Positions 8,245 through 18,667 of a DNA stretch of 64,000 bases are shown here, one piece after another (positions within the stretch are counted from its first letter, which is position 1; each line of letters opens with the position of its first letter). The notes under the pieces were generated by a model. That model did no database searches, was not told the origin of the DNA, and saw only the letters and a program-made list of their open reading frames with translations. The position numbers and the translations under genes were made by a program. Origin of the DNA: a virus (Duplodnaviria; Caudoviricetes). The stretch lies in IMG/VR virus record IMGVR_UViG_3300010352_001202; one strand, given 5' to 3'.

Positions 8245-9000
8245 TTAATCATCTTCCCCGTAAATCTCTAGAACTTCAGCAACAAGCGGATCACGCTCAA
8301 TGTGTTCGCGTTTGAACACACATACTGCCATTGATCTCTTATTGTTTAATGCTAGTCTTTCTAGAAAGTCCTTAAGTCCGTTTTTATCAAAGCCACGATC
8401 ATGTTGCTTTAAGTCACCAGTGATAACCATGCTACTATTCTCACCGATACGAGTTAATAGCATTTTGGTTTGGTCTGGTGTAGCATTTTGCATTTCGTCA
8501 GCAATGATGTACGAGTTCTTAAATGTTCTACCACGCATGAAGCCTAATGGTGCAATTTCAATTGAACCTTCTTCTAGCATACGCTTTGTTTCTTGTAATC
8601 CATAATATTCTTCGAACACGTCAAAAATAGGTCTTGTCCAAGGTTCCATTTTCGCATTCAAATCGCCTGGTAAAAATCCGTGCTTCTCGTCTACGCTAAC
8701 AGCTGGTCTTGTTAGAATAATTTTAGTAATTTCCCCTTCTCTTAGTGCCTTGATTGCTCGCAGAACTGCTAGTAATGTCTTGCCTGTACCTGCAGGTCCT
8801 ACTGCAAATACCATGCGTTTTTCTAGCAATTGTTCTACATAATTTTCCTGTGCTGTATTACGAGGGATCATCTCAACTCTCTTGTAATTTCTATTTCCCA
8901 ACTTGACTACATTAGTAGTCTGCTGATCATCATGCTGATATTGGCGTGGTGAACGAGATTGTGGCGAAGACTTAGCCGCCATTTTGCGATTTTTGCTCAA
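8245..9000 (-). CDS. phoH: PhoH-family ATPase
   Basis: GPAGTGKT, LTRPAV, GFLPGD, MRGRTF, DEMQN, GDLKQHD; start set at TTG 9000 behind AAGGAG. Confidence 0.92.
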   Translation of the reverse strand: MSKNRKMAAKSSPQSRSPRQYQHDDQQTTNVVKLGNRNYKRVEMIPRNTAQENYVEQLLEKRMVFAVGPAGTGKTLLAVLRAIKALREGEITKIILTRPAVSVDEKHGFLPGDLNAKMEPWTRPIFDVFEEYYGLQETKRMLEEGSIEIAPLGFMRGRTFKNSYIIADEMQNATPDQTKMLLTRIGENSSMVITGDLKQHDRGFDKNGLKDFLERLALNNKRSMAVCVFKREHIERDPLVAEVLEIYGEDD

Positions 9001-9182
9001 GGTTATGCTCCTTACTGAGTTGTTTTTTTGGTGTGATGGATTGCTGAACAGGAATTGTTCATCCGGAGGAACGACGATAGATCTATCGCGTGTATTTGTC
9101 ATACCAGATATTTATGTGATTGCGATAATATTGTACTGGAAAGGCGGGTCTTTCAAAACTTTAGAAATCTTATTGAATACTG

Positions 9183-9189
9183 ATAAATA
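9183..9189 (+). promoter_or_regulatory. T4-late-like promoter; a divergent copy at 9109-9115 (-) faces phoH
   Basis: GATAAATA on +, CATAAATA on -. Confidence 0.6.
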
Positions 9190-9206
9190 ATCAAAACGAG
9201 GTGAGA

Positions 9207-9779
9207 ATGAGTACCGATTTAGACACCATTAAGCAGACGCTAGTAAACATTTCCAAGGGTAACGATATCCTCGACACCCTACTTGAGTTTGAAAGAACAC
9301 TAGACAATGCTGAATTATTTGCATATAAAAATTGGATCTTGGGCGAACTCGTCGAAGGTCCGACTATTAGTCGTTACTGGTACAAGACTGTATGGATGTA
9401 TCCATATGCTATGATGCCAGATCCAAACGGCGGTTTACGCCTACGCAAGATCGGAGCTAATGTTAGCTTCAAGAAGGGCGTGTTTAAGAAGCCTGTAAAA
9501 GTGGAAGGACCACAGGACTGGGTTAACCCAGAATCAAAGAGGGCCAAAATGGCCGAACACGAAATTTGGCTCGTGACAATTGAATTGCCATTAAAGTATA
9601 TTAATCGTGGGCTGGAACAAACCGACGATATTATTCAAAGAGACATCGAAGATACGAATGCGGAAATTGCAGATGCTTATGAGGAAGAAATGCCAGAAGA
9701 GTCAGTTGATGATGGCACAGGCGGTGATATGTCCGCTGGTCCTACAAGTGAAATGCAGCCTCCAGAGGAAGAAGTATGA
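9207..9779 (+). CDS. hypothetical protein, acidic C-terminus
   Basis: GAGGTG RBS before ATG 9207. Confidence 0.8.
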   Translation: MSTDLDTIKQTLVNISKGNDILDTLLEFERTLDNAELFAYKNWILGELVEGPTISRYWYKTVWMYPYAMMPDPNGGLRLRKIGANVSFKKGVFKKPVKVEGPQDWVNPESKRAKMAEHEIWLVTIELPLKYINRGLEQTDDIIQRDIEDTNAEIADAYEEEMPEESVDDGTGGDMSAGPTSEMQPPEEEV

Positions 9780-10531
9780 GCTTAAAGAATGGCGATCTAG
9801 CAGGTACTATCTTGCCTGATGTTTCTATTGACGAGTTTGAACCAAAAGCCGGCAGTAATGAAGATGTTATAGTAGTGGCTTTTTATCTCAACGACGAGGA
9901 ACCGGCGGAAGACCTTAACACATTCATCCAAAGAGGGTTTATCGACACCCTGGATGTTGAAGTAAGTCCCAATACAGATGAAGAAGGGCGCTATCTCGTC
10001 TTTGTCGAAATGTCGAGAGATGATACTTTTCCTCAAAAGTTCCAAGCGTTACTAAAGGACATTAATAATCTGGCAGGAGACAACACAGAGTGGAAGGTTA
10101 AAACCTACTTCTCAGAAGGTCAGTCTTTCTCGCCCGATGATCCTGCGCTATACAATTATGTTATTATTGATCCGGGCGACTATGTCCCAAAGGAAGACTT
10201 TAAAATGAAAGATATGACTGAAAACATCCAACATTTTTTTAGTGATTCCTATTTGGCTGGCTTGACTATTGATGGTAATATCGTTACACTAAGAGGTAAT
10301 AGTAAAAAGGTGGTCGCTGAAGTCGTTGACATTGGTGACTACGATACAGTGATAGGCAGAAACTTCTTAAGCGAATCTGCCTTTGGAATTAGTAATATAC
10401 CCATTGAGGCTAAAGTATTAAGCAGCATCTTAGGGAATTGCGATGTTCTACCACTTGGAAAATATCTTTTTGTCAATAGGGACGAGAGGGTAATGTTGCT
10501 TAAGAATACACAAATTGAATACGGGAAATAA
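9776..10531 (+). CDS. hypothetical protein
   Basis: 251 aa, ATGA overlap. Confidence 0.8.
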   Translation: MSLKNGDLAGTILPDVSIDEFEPKAGSNEDVIVVAFYLNDEEPAEDLNTFIQRGFIDTLDVEVSPNTDEEGRYLVFVEMSRDDTFPQKFQALLKDINNLAGDNTEWKVKTYFSEGQSFSPDDPALYNYVIIDPGDYVPKEDFKMKDMTENIQHFFSDSYLAGLTIDGNIVTLRGNSKKVVAEVVDIGDYDTVIGRNFLSESAFGISNIPIEAKVLSSILGNCDVLPLGKYLFVNRDERVMLLKNTQIEYGK

Positions 10532-10535
10532 CAAC

Positions 10536-10757
10536 TTGGCTAAAGACAATAATGACATGATTATCACTAAGGGTCGCGTAACTGATACCGCCCCTGGCGC
10601 TCGATTTAAAGTTAAACTGGAAAACGGGCATGTCTTGAATGCAGTTGTTAGTGGAAAAATCCGTAAGAACAATATCCAGATCATTCTCGATGATCTGGTT
10701 GAGATTGAGATGAGTCCATACGATCTAACTCTAGGTCGCATCACATATCGCTTCTAA
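10536..10757 (+). CDS. infA: translation initiation factor IF-1
   Basis: FKVKLENGH...[11 protein letters not shown]...[17 protein letters not shown] closely follows IF-1; probable TTG start 10536. Confidence 0.92.
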   Translation: MAKDNNDMIITKGRVTDTAPGARFKVKLENGHVLNAVVSGKIRKNNIQIILDDLVEIEMSPYDLTLGRITYRF

Positions 10758-10769
10758 TAGAAAGCACAC

Positions 10770-11594
10770 ATGAGCGAACGAAATTTCTACGAGATTCTCG
10801 GTGTCCCAAAGTCTGCATCGGAAGATGACATCAAGAAAGCTTATCGCAAGCTAGCAAGTAAATACCATCCCGATAAACTCAGCGATGCCGAGAAGGTATC
10901 AGGTGAGGCAAAGTTCAAAGAGGCTAAAGAAGCCTACGAGACTTTATCCGACGAACAGAAGCGTGCCGCATACGATCAGCACGGGCACGCATCTACAGAT
11001 CCCAATTTTGGTAGATCTCACTTCCACGATTTCGAACAAGGTTTAAATCCAAACGATATTAACGAAATCTTCAGCACTATCTTTGGCGGTAGGAGCTTTA
11101 ATTTTGGTACAGGCGCACAAACACAACAGCGCCAACCTATGTACCAATTAAACATTTCGTTAATGGACGCATACATTGGCAGAACTGTAACACTAGAGGG
11201 CAACCTGACGGTAAATATCCCGAAGGGCGTTCGCTCTGGTACTAAGTTCTATGCCGGTGGCAAGCTGATCAGGATTGAAGTTGCACCGGATTCTAAATTC
11301 AAGCGTGCTAACGACGATTTGCTGGTTGATGTTGAGATCAGCGCAATCGAAGCCATACTAGGTGCCGAAGCAGTTCTTGAACATTTAGACGGCTCTAAAT
11401 TACAGTTTGCTATCCCCGGTGGTATTCAGCCCGGGCAGATAATCAAGTTGGGTGGCAAGGGGATGAGAAACCCCGAGAATGATAGATATGGCGATTTGTT
11501 AGTGCGCATCGCAATTACCATACCAAGGACACCAACACAGGAAGAAAGAGTTGCACTTAAATCTCTGAACCACAGAGCATCAATTACAATCTAA
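10770..11594 (+). CDS. dnaJ: DnaJ/CbpA-type co-chaperone (no zinc finger)
   Basis: J-domain with HPD, G/F-rich region, C-terminal GKGM...GDLLV. Confidence 0.9.
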   Translation: MSERNFYEILGVPKSASEDDIKKAYRKLASKYHPDKLSDAEKVSGEAKFKEAKEAYETLSDEQKRAAYDQHGHASTDPNFGRSHFHDFEQGLNPNDINEIFSTIFGGRSFNFGTGAQTQQRQPMYQLNISLMDAYIGRTVTLEGNLTVNIPKGVRSGTKFYAGGKLIRIEVAPDSKFKRANDDLLVDVEISAIEAILGAEAVLEHLDGSKLQFAIPGGIQPGQIIKLGGKGMRNPENDRYGDLLVRIAITIPRTPTQEERVALKSLNHRASITI

Positions 11595-11602
11595 GGAAAA
11601 CA

Positions 11603-13825
11603 ATGAGTACAAAAAAAGTTGAGAAGATGGTTGAGCGGGCAGTTGCCATTGCAAATGATAACAATCATGAGTATGTAACACTCGAGCACATTCTTCTGTC
11701 ACTACTGCACGAGAAAGAGATCGATGCCCTGGTTCAGGCAATTGGCGGACAACCTGCAAAGATCAAAACAGATACAATTCAGTTCTTAGGTGATCCTGCG
11801 CTGAAGAAGCCAGATGCACTGAAAGAAGTTCCTGCCAAGCGCACCGCAGTACTGAATAGAACATTCCAGCGTGCCCTTACACAACTTGTGTTTAGCGGCA
11901 GGAATGAACTCAACAACGAGTCGGTGTTGCTCAGTATTTTGAGCGAAGAAACCAGCCACGCATATTACTTCCTTGGTAAGAACGGTGTTACCAGAGAAAA
12001 GATTATTGCCTATATGCGTAAGGCAGAAGAGAAGGCAGGCGATGCAGAGGAAACTCCGCTTGATTTGTTTGCACGCAACCTGAATAAGGAAGCATCAGAC
12101 GGTTCCATCGACCCTGTTATTGCACGCGAACGCGAAGTTATCGATACCATTGAAATCTTGGCTCGTCGCAAGAAGAACAATGTCATTTATGTGGGCGAAC
12201 CTGGTGTTGGTAAGACCGCACTTGCAGAAGGCCTTGCATTGAAGATTGTCAACAAGGATGTTCCTAAGGCGCTGCAAGACAAGGTTGTTTACAGCCTGGA
12301 TTTGGGTGCATTGCTTGCCGGAACTAAGTTCCGCGGTGACTTTGAAGAGCGTTTGAAGGGCGTACTTGATCAAGTCAAGAAGCTTGGTAACTGCATTATG
12401 TTCATCGACGAAATCCACATGATCCTTGGTGCAGGTTCTACAACCGGTAGCCAAATGGATGCTGGTAACTTGCTGAAGCCTATGCTTGCCAAGGGGCAAC
12501 TCATGTGCGTTGGTGCAACGACATACGACGAGTTCCACGAACACTTTGAGAAGGATAAGGCACTGTTGCGTCGTTTCCAGAAGTACGACATTCTGCAACC
12601 CAGCGCAGCTGATACCAAGCTTATCCTTAAGGGCATTGCGTATCAATACGAGAAGTTCCACGGCGTTACATTTGCCGAAGGTGCTACCGACATGTGCGTA
12701 GATTTGGCAGATCGTTACTTGAAGTCTAAGTTCTTCCCTGACAAGGCTATTGACATCATGGACTCGGCCGGTGCAATTGCCAAGCTTCGTGAAATCAAGG
12801 AAGTTAGTTGCGATATCGTTGTTGAACAGGCAGCTAAGATTGCACGCATTCCTGCAGCAATGATTGACATGAAGGAAAACGACCAACTGGAAAATCTTGC
12901 ACCGCGTGTGAAGAACAAGGTTTACGGTCAGGATGTTGCAATCGACAAGCTTGTGGAATCTATCTACATGTCTAAGGCAGGATTGCGTAACCCAGCCAAG
13001 CCCATCGGCAGCTTCTTGTTTACTGGTCCGACTGGTACTGGTAAGACATACACTGCAAAGAAGCTTGCAGAAGCACTCGGCGTACATTTCCAGCGTTTTG
13101 ACATGTCGGAATACATGGAAAAGCACACTGTATCCAAGTTCATTGGTGCTCCTCCGGGATATGTCGGACACGGCGAAGGCAAGATGGGCGAAGGTCAGCT
13201 TATTCAAGCAATCGATACCAACCCGAACTGCGTATTGCTGCTCGACGAAATCGAAAAAGCCAATCCAGATGTTATTACTGTGCTATTGCAGGTAATGGAT
13301 GACGGACGACTCACTTCTGCTAAGGGCAAGACTGTTGACTTCAGCAATGTGATTATCATCATGTCTGCCAACCTTGGCGCTGCTGATGCCGAAAAGCTGA
13401 AGATTGGCTTCGGGGATCAAGACAACGGTGGTGCAGTGGATGCAGAAATCAAGAAGTTCTTCAGCCCTGAGTTTAGAAACCGCCTTGATGCAGTCGTTAA
13501 GTTCAACAAGTTGACAATGGTCGAAATGAACCTTATTGTCAACGCTGAAGTTGAGAAGACTGAAGCAATGCTTGCTCCTAAGAACATTACACTGAATGTT
13601 ACTCAACAAGCACGCGACTGGTTGGCTAAGAGCGGCTACGATCCCAAGATGGGTGCAAGACCGTTCGAACGCTTGTTTGAAGCAAGAGTCAAGAAGCCGT
13701 TGTCAACAGAAATCTTGTTCGGCAAGCTGAAGAATGGTGGCCGTGCAAATGTCGACTACGATGTGGTTTGCGATACGATTACTGTTAATGTGTTGGATCC
13801 GATTCCTGTACAGACACTGATCTAA
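11603..13825 (+). CDS. clpA: ClpA-type AAA+ unfoldase
   Basis: Clp N-domain, two NBDs (GEPGVGKT, GPTGTGKT), RFDMSEY, IGF ClpP-docking loop, no ClpB middle domain. Confidence 0.92.
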   Translation: MSTKKVEKMVERAVAIANDNNHEYVTLEHILLSLLHEKEIDALVQAIGGQPAKIKTDTIQFLGDPALKKPDALKEVPAKRTAVLNRTFQRALTQLVFSGRNELNNESVLLSILSEETSHAYYFLGKNGVTREKIIAYMRKAEEKAGDAEETPLDLFARNLNKEASDGSIDPVIAREREVIDTIEILARRKKNNVIYVGEPGVGKTALAEGLALKIVNKDVPKALQDKVVYSLDLGALLAGTKFRGDFEERLKGVLDQVKKLGNCIMFIDEIHMILGAGSTTGSQMDAGNLLKPMLAKGQLMCVGATTYDEFHEHFEKDKALLRRFQKYDILQPSAADTKLILKGIAYQYEKFHGVTFAEGATDMCVDLADRYLKSKFFPDKAIDIMDSAGAIAKLREIKEVSCDIVVEQAAKIARIPAAMIDMKENDQLENLAPRVKNKVYGQDVAIDKLVESIYMSKAGLRNPAKPIGSFLFTGPTGTGKTYTAKKLAEALGVHFQRFDMSEYMEKHTVSKFIGAPPGYVGHGEGKMGEGQLIQAIDTNPNCVLLLDEIEKANPDVITVLLQVMDDGRLTSAKGKTVDFSNVIIIMSANLGAADAEKLKIGFGDQDNGGAVDAEIKKFFSPEFRNRLDAVVKFNKLTMVEMNLIVNAEVEKTEAMLAPKNITLNVTQQARDWLAKSGYDPKMGARPFERLFEARVKKPLSTEILFGKLKNGGRANVDYDVVCDTITVNVLDPIPVQTLI

Positions 13826-13835
13826 GAAATCACAG

Positions 13836-13861
13836 TCAAGAGAAAGCAAGCTTTCTCTTGA
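13836..13861. terminator. hairpin between convergent genes
   Basis: TCAAGAGAAAGC-AA-GCTTTCTCTTGA perfect inverted repeat. Confidence 0.7.
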
Positions 13862-13869
13862 GTTTAATA

Positions 13870-15924
13870 TCACAAAGTAGGGAAGGATGCAGTAGGTGCT
13901 GTGAAGTTTGATATATAACGAGCAACACCCTTTGTAATGCGAAGTTGGCTAATAAATCCTGTTACTGGATATGCGGTATGTAATGCATGGTCGGTACCTA
14001 TTGTAAATGGTTCAGTCAATGATGTTAGATCGGTACTATTTGTAGTTGTCGAACCGACCTGAGTGCCGTCAATAAACATTTTAAATGATGTTCCGTTTCG
14101 TGCAAATGCAATATGGTGCCACGAACCTGTTGTGAATGCTGCTGCTGCCGATGATACTATTGTTGTTCCTAGATTAAAAGTAAGAACTCCTGTATTACTT
14201 AGGGAGCATGACCATCCTGCTACATCAGCAGCAGTTGATGTGGTTCCCCCCTGCGCACAGAGAACGCATGAAGTATTTACATACGAGGTAATATTAACCC
14301 ACATTTCAACTGTGAAACTACCTGTACTAAAATTAAATGCAGGATTATTAGGTGCCCACAAGTAATCACCGGCTGCTGCTAGTGATAGGGAACCCGAGCC
14401 ATACTTTACTATAGATGTCGAGACTTTGGCATTTCCGCGCGTTTCGAGATTGAGCTTAGATGAATTATCATATATACCTGAATTTGTAAAATTCAATAAT
14501 AGTTTTGTATTACTGCCTGTTGATGTAGATGGCATCGCAGGAACAGAAGATATAGCAGTCCCGTCTACAAGTCTTACATCACTAATATAACCGGTAAATG
14601 GTTGGGCAGAGTTGTTGCTATTTCCAATTACTATAGTTTTTGCCGGATCTCCCACTGTTCCCGAGAATGTATACTGACTACCAACAGCTACACCGTTTAC
14701 ATATGCTGTTATAGTCGAGCCAGAGCGTGCTACAGCAATATACATCCACTCGTTTGTTGATATAACACCAGCAGATGATACTATTCTAGCAGTTGAGCCA
14801 TTTATGTATACTCGTAAGACACCACCTGTAAATATTTCAATCATCCAATCGGTTGTATTATTTCCTGTATAATTCCCCATAATAGCATTTGTTGGCGTCG
14901 GAGCAGTTAATGCTGTTGCATATATCCACACCCCTATTGTGAAATCACCGGTTGGTGTAAATTGTCCGGATGTTGGAGTTGTAAGATAATCACCTGTTCC
15001 ATCGAAATATCCGCTTCCACCAACACTAGGTGTAGAATAGCTTATAGGAGGAACATATGGGCCGAATGCAGAAATTACAGGGCTTGATCCATTATTACTC
15101 GATGGGGTTATGGTATAATGTGTAGGTCCATTATCTACAAATCTATTACTCTGTGCAGTTAATAGTGTTGTATTAGCGTCGGATACAAATGCCGATGTCT
15201 GCGGAGTAAATGTTGATGAGTATCTAGCCACATTTGAGAATCGAATATTGCTCATATTACCGATAAATCCTGCAACGCCATTTCCTGTGCCAGATCCGAG
15301 AAATGCCGTAATACCGGTACTACCGGCATAAGTCGTATTATCTGTTGTTGAACCGGCGGCCACCCCATTGACATATACAGTTATACCCGAACCACCATTA
15401 GAGACAAAAGCAAGATGAAACCATACATTCGGTGTTAATGCCGATGATAATGTAATGCTTATATATGATATATGATCTCGTGTACTTAAATAAACAGTTG
15501 TAGAATTACTAAATCCCCAAGTTCTGATATTAGAATTTGCACCGGTACCCGATGATGTACACATAATAGCTCTGTTTCCGGACGATCCTGCAGCACCACT
15601 GCCGAAATCAGGCATCATAAACCAGCCTTCTAATGTATAAACTGATGCCATATCTACAGCAGCAGCTGAACCGGCACCGAATCCTAAATTTTGTCCATTG
15701 GCATTATAATATAAGCTCCATCCTGTCTGGCTATATGGAGAAAAAGATCCTTGTGTTGTATTTCCGCTTCTTGTAATAGTCCAATTCTGCGGACCGCTAT
15801 CAACAAATGAATTATTTTGAGCATTATTTGTTCCGGTTGTAGATAAAAGAAGAGAAATATTCTTAAAACTTGAATCCACTACTGTTCCCGAAAATGATGA
15901 AATGATTTGTTGTATAATCGCCAT
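13870..15924 (-). CDS. LamG/concanavalin-A-like repeat virion/tail protein
   Basis: Three LamG-like units (FTVEMW, W.H.A..R, YVNG, IS..RI), S/T/G-rich. Confidence 0.85.
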   Translation of the reverse strand: MAIIQQIISSFSGTVVDSSFKNISLLLSTTGTNNAQNNSFVDSGPQNWTITRSGNTTQGSFSPYSQTGWSLYYNANGQNLGFGAGSAAAVDMASVYTLEGWFMMPDFGSGAAGSSGNRAIMCTSSGTGANSNIRTWGFSNSTTVYLSTRDHISYISITLSSALTPNVWFHLAFVSNGGSGITVYVNGVAAGSTTDNTTYAGSTGITAFLGSGTGNGVAGFIGNMSNIRFSNVARYSSTFTPQTSAFVSDANTTLLTAQSNRFVDNGPTHYTITPSSNNGSSPVISAFGPYVPPISYSTPSVGGSGYFDGTGDYLTTPTSGQFTPTGDFTIGVWIYATALTAPTPTNAIMGNYTGNNTTDWMIEIFTGGVLRVYINGSTARIVSSAGVISTNEWMYIAVARSGSTITAYVNGVAVGSQYTFSGTVGDPAKTIVIGNSNNSAQPFTGYISDVRLVDGTAISSVPAMPSTSTGSNTKLLLNFTNSGIYDNSSKLNLETRGNAKVSTSIVKYGSGSLSLAAAGDYLWAPNNPAFNFSTGSFTVEMWVNITSYVNTSCVLCAQGGTTSTAADVAGWSCSLSNTGVLTFNLGTTIVSSAAAAFTTGSWHHIAFARNGTSFKMFIDGTQVGSTTTNSTDLTSLTEPFTIGTDHALHTAYPVTGFISQLRITKGVARYISNFTAPTASFPTL

Positions 15925-15949
15925 GATTAAAATTCCTTTTTAGTTTATC

Positions 15950-15979
15950 TATTTATCTATCTAACCGATTTGATAAATA
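15950..15979. promoter_or_regulatory. back-to-back late promoters
   Basis: ATAAATA on - at 15950-15956 and on + at 15973-15979. Confidence 0.6.
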
Positions 15980-16005
15980 CCTATAACTTATTTGGAGAAA
16001 CAATC

Positions 16006-17550
16006 ATGGGTGTTCAATTTGCTGGTAATATTTTAGTTCAATCAAACGGTGGTCCGCTTCCAATCGCACAAGGTGGCACAGGACAAACGAGCGCCACATC
16101 GGCTATTAATGCATTACTTCCTTCACAAGGTGGAAATGCAAATAAGGTTTTAAAGACAGATGGTACAAATGTTTCATGGGTTGCCGCAGCTGGTACACCC
16201 GGTGGAGCAGATACACAAATTCAGTACAATGACGCCGGGAGTTTTGGTGGAAGTGCTAATCTAGTTATCAACAAATCAACTGGTGCTGTAACTGGTCTTT
16301 CGACTATTACGGCCCTTGGATTAAATGCAAGTGGTGCCGCAGCATCTTCGCGCCTTGTAAAATTTCAAACAGCTGGCAGCGATCGTTGGTTCTTTGAAGC
16401 AGATGCAACTCCAGAATCTGGTAGTAATGCAGGATCGAATTTTGCCTTTACCCGTGTGGCAGATAACGGTTCTACAACTAATCAGGTATTCACAGTATTG
16501 CGCTCGTCTGGTGTGGTTGACTTCAAGACAACACCAACGGTAAATGGAACACCAGTTGGGGCAAACCCATCGGGTTCGAATACACAAATTCAGTATAATG
16601 ACAGCGGTGCTTTTGCAGGCTCGTCAAAATTCACATGGACAGATAGCTCAACCACATTGCAATTAGGTGCAGACGGTGGTACATCTCCATCAACTATCAC
16701 AACAGGTGCAGGTTTTACACTAAACATTGTTCCTGCTCCGATTATCAGTACAAACCCCGGCGGTGCAGTAAATGTCACCGGTGGTACATCTTCCCGTACT
16801 GGTGGAGCAGTAAACTTAACAGGTGGTGCTGAAAATACAAGCGGTTATTTTGGTGGTTCGGTTGTACTTCGGGGCGGTAACGGTGTTTCTAATGGTGCCG
16901 GCGCTAAGGTAGTAGTTGAAGGTGCATTTGGTTCAGGATCGTCAGGAGCAGGTAACGGCGGTTCTTTTGTAGTTTCATCGGGACCAGGTACATCGCTTGT
17001 TGAAAGATTCCGTATTCTAAACGACGGTTCATGGTCCGTGGGTTCTACAGGAACAGCATTCGGCACATCAGGGCAAGTTCTAACTTCAAACGGAACTGGT
17101 GCTGCACCTACATGGCAAACAACTCCAGCTGCCGCAGCAGGTTCATTAACTGGTTCAACTCTAGCAGCTGGTGTAACATCATCAAGTTTAACAACTGTTG
17201 GTGCAGGTGTAACTGACGGAACATATGCACTTGGTTGGAAGATTATTCCACAAAATGCAACTGGTTCCACAACACTAACATTGTCGGATTCCGGTAAGCA
17301 CATTTTCAACACAACTGCTGCGCAGACTTATACAATTCCTGCAAACAGTTCTGTAGCTTATCCAATCGGAACAGCCCTTACATTTATTAACCAAGGTTCG
17401 GGTACTTCTACTATCGCTATCACTACAGATACAATGTATCTTGCAGGTGCCGGCACAACAGGTAGCAGAACACTTGCTGCGTATGGTGTGGCAACAGCTA
17501 TCAAGATTACTTCAACATCTTGGATTATTTCAGGAACAGGTCTAACCTGA
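16006..17550 (+). CDS. tail fibre / virion protein
   Basis: G/S/T-rich, repeated TQIQYND.G.F.GS motifs; start ATG 16006 behind GGAG. Confidence 0.85.
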   Translation: MGVQFAGNILVQSNGGPLPIAQGGTGQTSATSAINALLPSQGGNANKVLKTDGTNVSWVAAAGTPGGADTQIQYNDAGSFGGSANLVINKSTGAVTGLSTITALGLNASGAAASSRLVKFQTAGSDRWFFEADATPESGSNAGSNFAFTRVADNGSTTNQVFTVLRSSGVVDFKTTPTVNGTPVGANPSGSNTQIQYNDSGAFAGSSKFTWTDSSTTLQLGADGGTSPSTITTGAGFTLNIVPAPIISTNPGGAVNVTGGTSSRTGGAVNLTGGAENTSGYFGGSVVLRGGNGVSNGAGAKVVVEGAFGSGSSGAGNGGSFVVSSGPGTSLVERFRILNDGSWSVGSTGTAFGTSGQVLTSNGTGAAPTWQTTPAAAAGSLTGSTLAAGVTSSSLTTVGAGVTDGTYALGWKIIPQNATGSTTLTLSDSGKHIFNTTAAQTYTIPANSSVAYPIGTALTFINQGSGTSTIAITTDTMYLAGAGTTGSRTLAAYGVATAIKITSTSWIISGTGLT

Positions 17551-17568
17551 TATAAACTGAAACAAATT

Positions 17569-17590
17569 AGCCCCGCAAGGGGCTTTTTTG
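17569..17590 (+). terminator. intrinsic terminator
   Basis: AGCCCC-GCAA-GGGGCT then T-run. Confidence 0.88.
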
Positions 17591-17645
17591 TGGGATATAA
17601 TATTCGCCAACTTCTGATAAATAATAGAGAACAAGAAGGAAGGCT

Positions 17646-18218
17646 ATGGCAACTGGGATTATCTACAAAACCACTAACCAGATAAATGGTAAGTGGTATA
17701 TCGGAAAATATCAGGGAAACAGACCCGGATATATCGGTAGTGGAAAAGCTTTAACAAATGCTATAAAAAAATACGGTAAAGAAAATTTTATAAGAGAAAT
17801 CATAGATGTGGCCGAATGCGGAGTTCCGTTAGCCGAATTAGAGGTGCAGATAATTAAGGAAACAGGGGCAGTAAATAATCCAATGTCATACAACATTGCA
17901 GCAGGTGGTCAAGGCGGCAGGACATGGAATTATCCGCCAAGAACAAAAGAACATTGCGATAGAATATCTAAGGCACTGAAAGGGCGTAGTGGCGGAAAAC
18001 GAACAAATGAAACTAAGAGTAAAATGTCGATATCCCGCAGAGCTCGCAATGACTTGTATAAAATAATACTTATAGACACCGGTGAAGAAATTATAACAAA
18101 TTGCCTTGAAGAATTTTCTAAAAAATATAATGTATCTGGTAAAACTTTAAGATATTCGGCAAAAGAAAATATTGTAGTAAAGGGGAGATTTCTTGCTACA
18201 AAACAAGGAGTAGAATAA
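17646..18218 (+). CDS. GIY-YIG homing endonuclease (Seg-like)
   Basis: IIYK...WYIG...YIGSG...YNI..GG plus NUMOD-like tail; ATAAATA at 17617-17623. Confidence 0.85.
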   Translation: MATGIIYKTTNQINGKWYIGKYQGNRPGYIGSGKALTNAIKKYGKENFIREIIDVAECGVPLAELEVQIIKETGAVNNPMSYNIAAGGQGGRTWNYPPRTKEHCDRISKALKGRSGGKRTNETKSKMSISRRARNDLYKIILIDTGEEIITNCLEEFSKKYNVSGKTLRYSAKENIVVKGRFLATKQGVE

Positions 18219-18655
18219 TGGCAATTAGAAAAAGTGTTCTAATGCTTACAAACACCGGTACACACTGGAATGTCTTTGGTGAGCCCATCAGAGCTGATGC
18301 GTACTATGGTTATACCGACGGAATACACACAGTTCAGGTAATTTACCAGAATTTTGTAGGTGGTTTTGGCCTACAAGGAACTCTTGCACTAAAACCCGAA
18401 CCAGAGGATTGGTTTTGGATTAAGCTAAACCCGATGGGCGATGTTTATACACCATTTATTCCATTCCCAACTGACCCTTATGCACCAACAGGGGCTAATG
18501 GTGGTGATACAGGTTCGATAGCAACAACTTTTATAGGAAACTTTGTTTACCTAAGAGCTGTTCTAACAAGAGATTATATTCAACCACCACCGACAAATCC
18601 CCAATGGCAGACATGGCAATGGGGACAAATCGATAAAGTATTACTGAGCTTGTAA
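18218..18655 (+). CDS. putative virion structural protein
   Basis: 145 aa in late structural operon. Confidence 0.7.
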   Translation: MAIRKSVLMLTNTGTHWNVFGEPIRADAYYGYTDGIHTVQVIYQNFVGGFGLQGTLALKPEPEDWFWIKLNPMGDVYTPFIPFPTDPYAPTGANGGDTGSIATTFIGNFVYLRAVLTRDYIQPPPTNPQWQTWQWGQIDKVLLSL

Positions 18656-18667
18656 GGAAAATATATA

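Noticed and set aside
12095-13207. 370-aa antisense ORF within clpA (likewise 55550-56383, 58892-59521, 62645-63763, 53391-54065)
   Set aside because: Shadow ORFs expected from codon bias of strongly conserved sense genes; no motifs or RBS.
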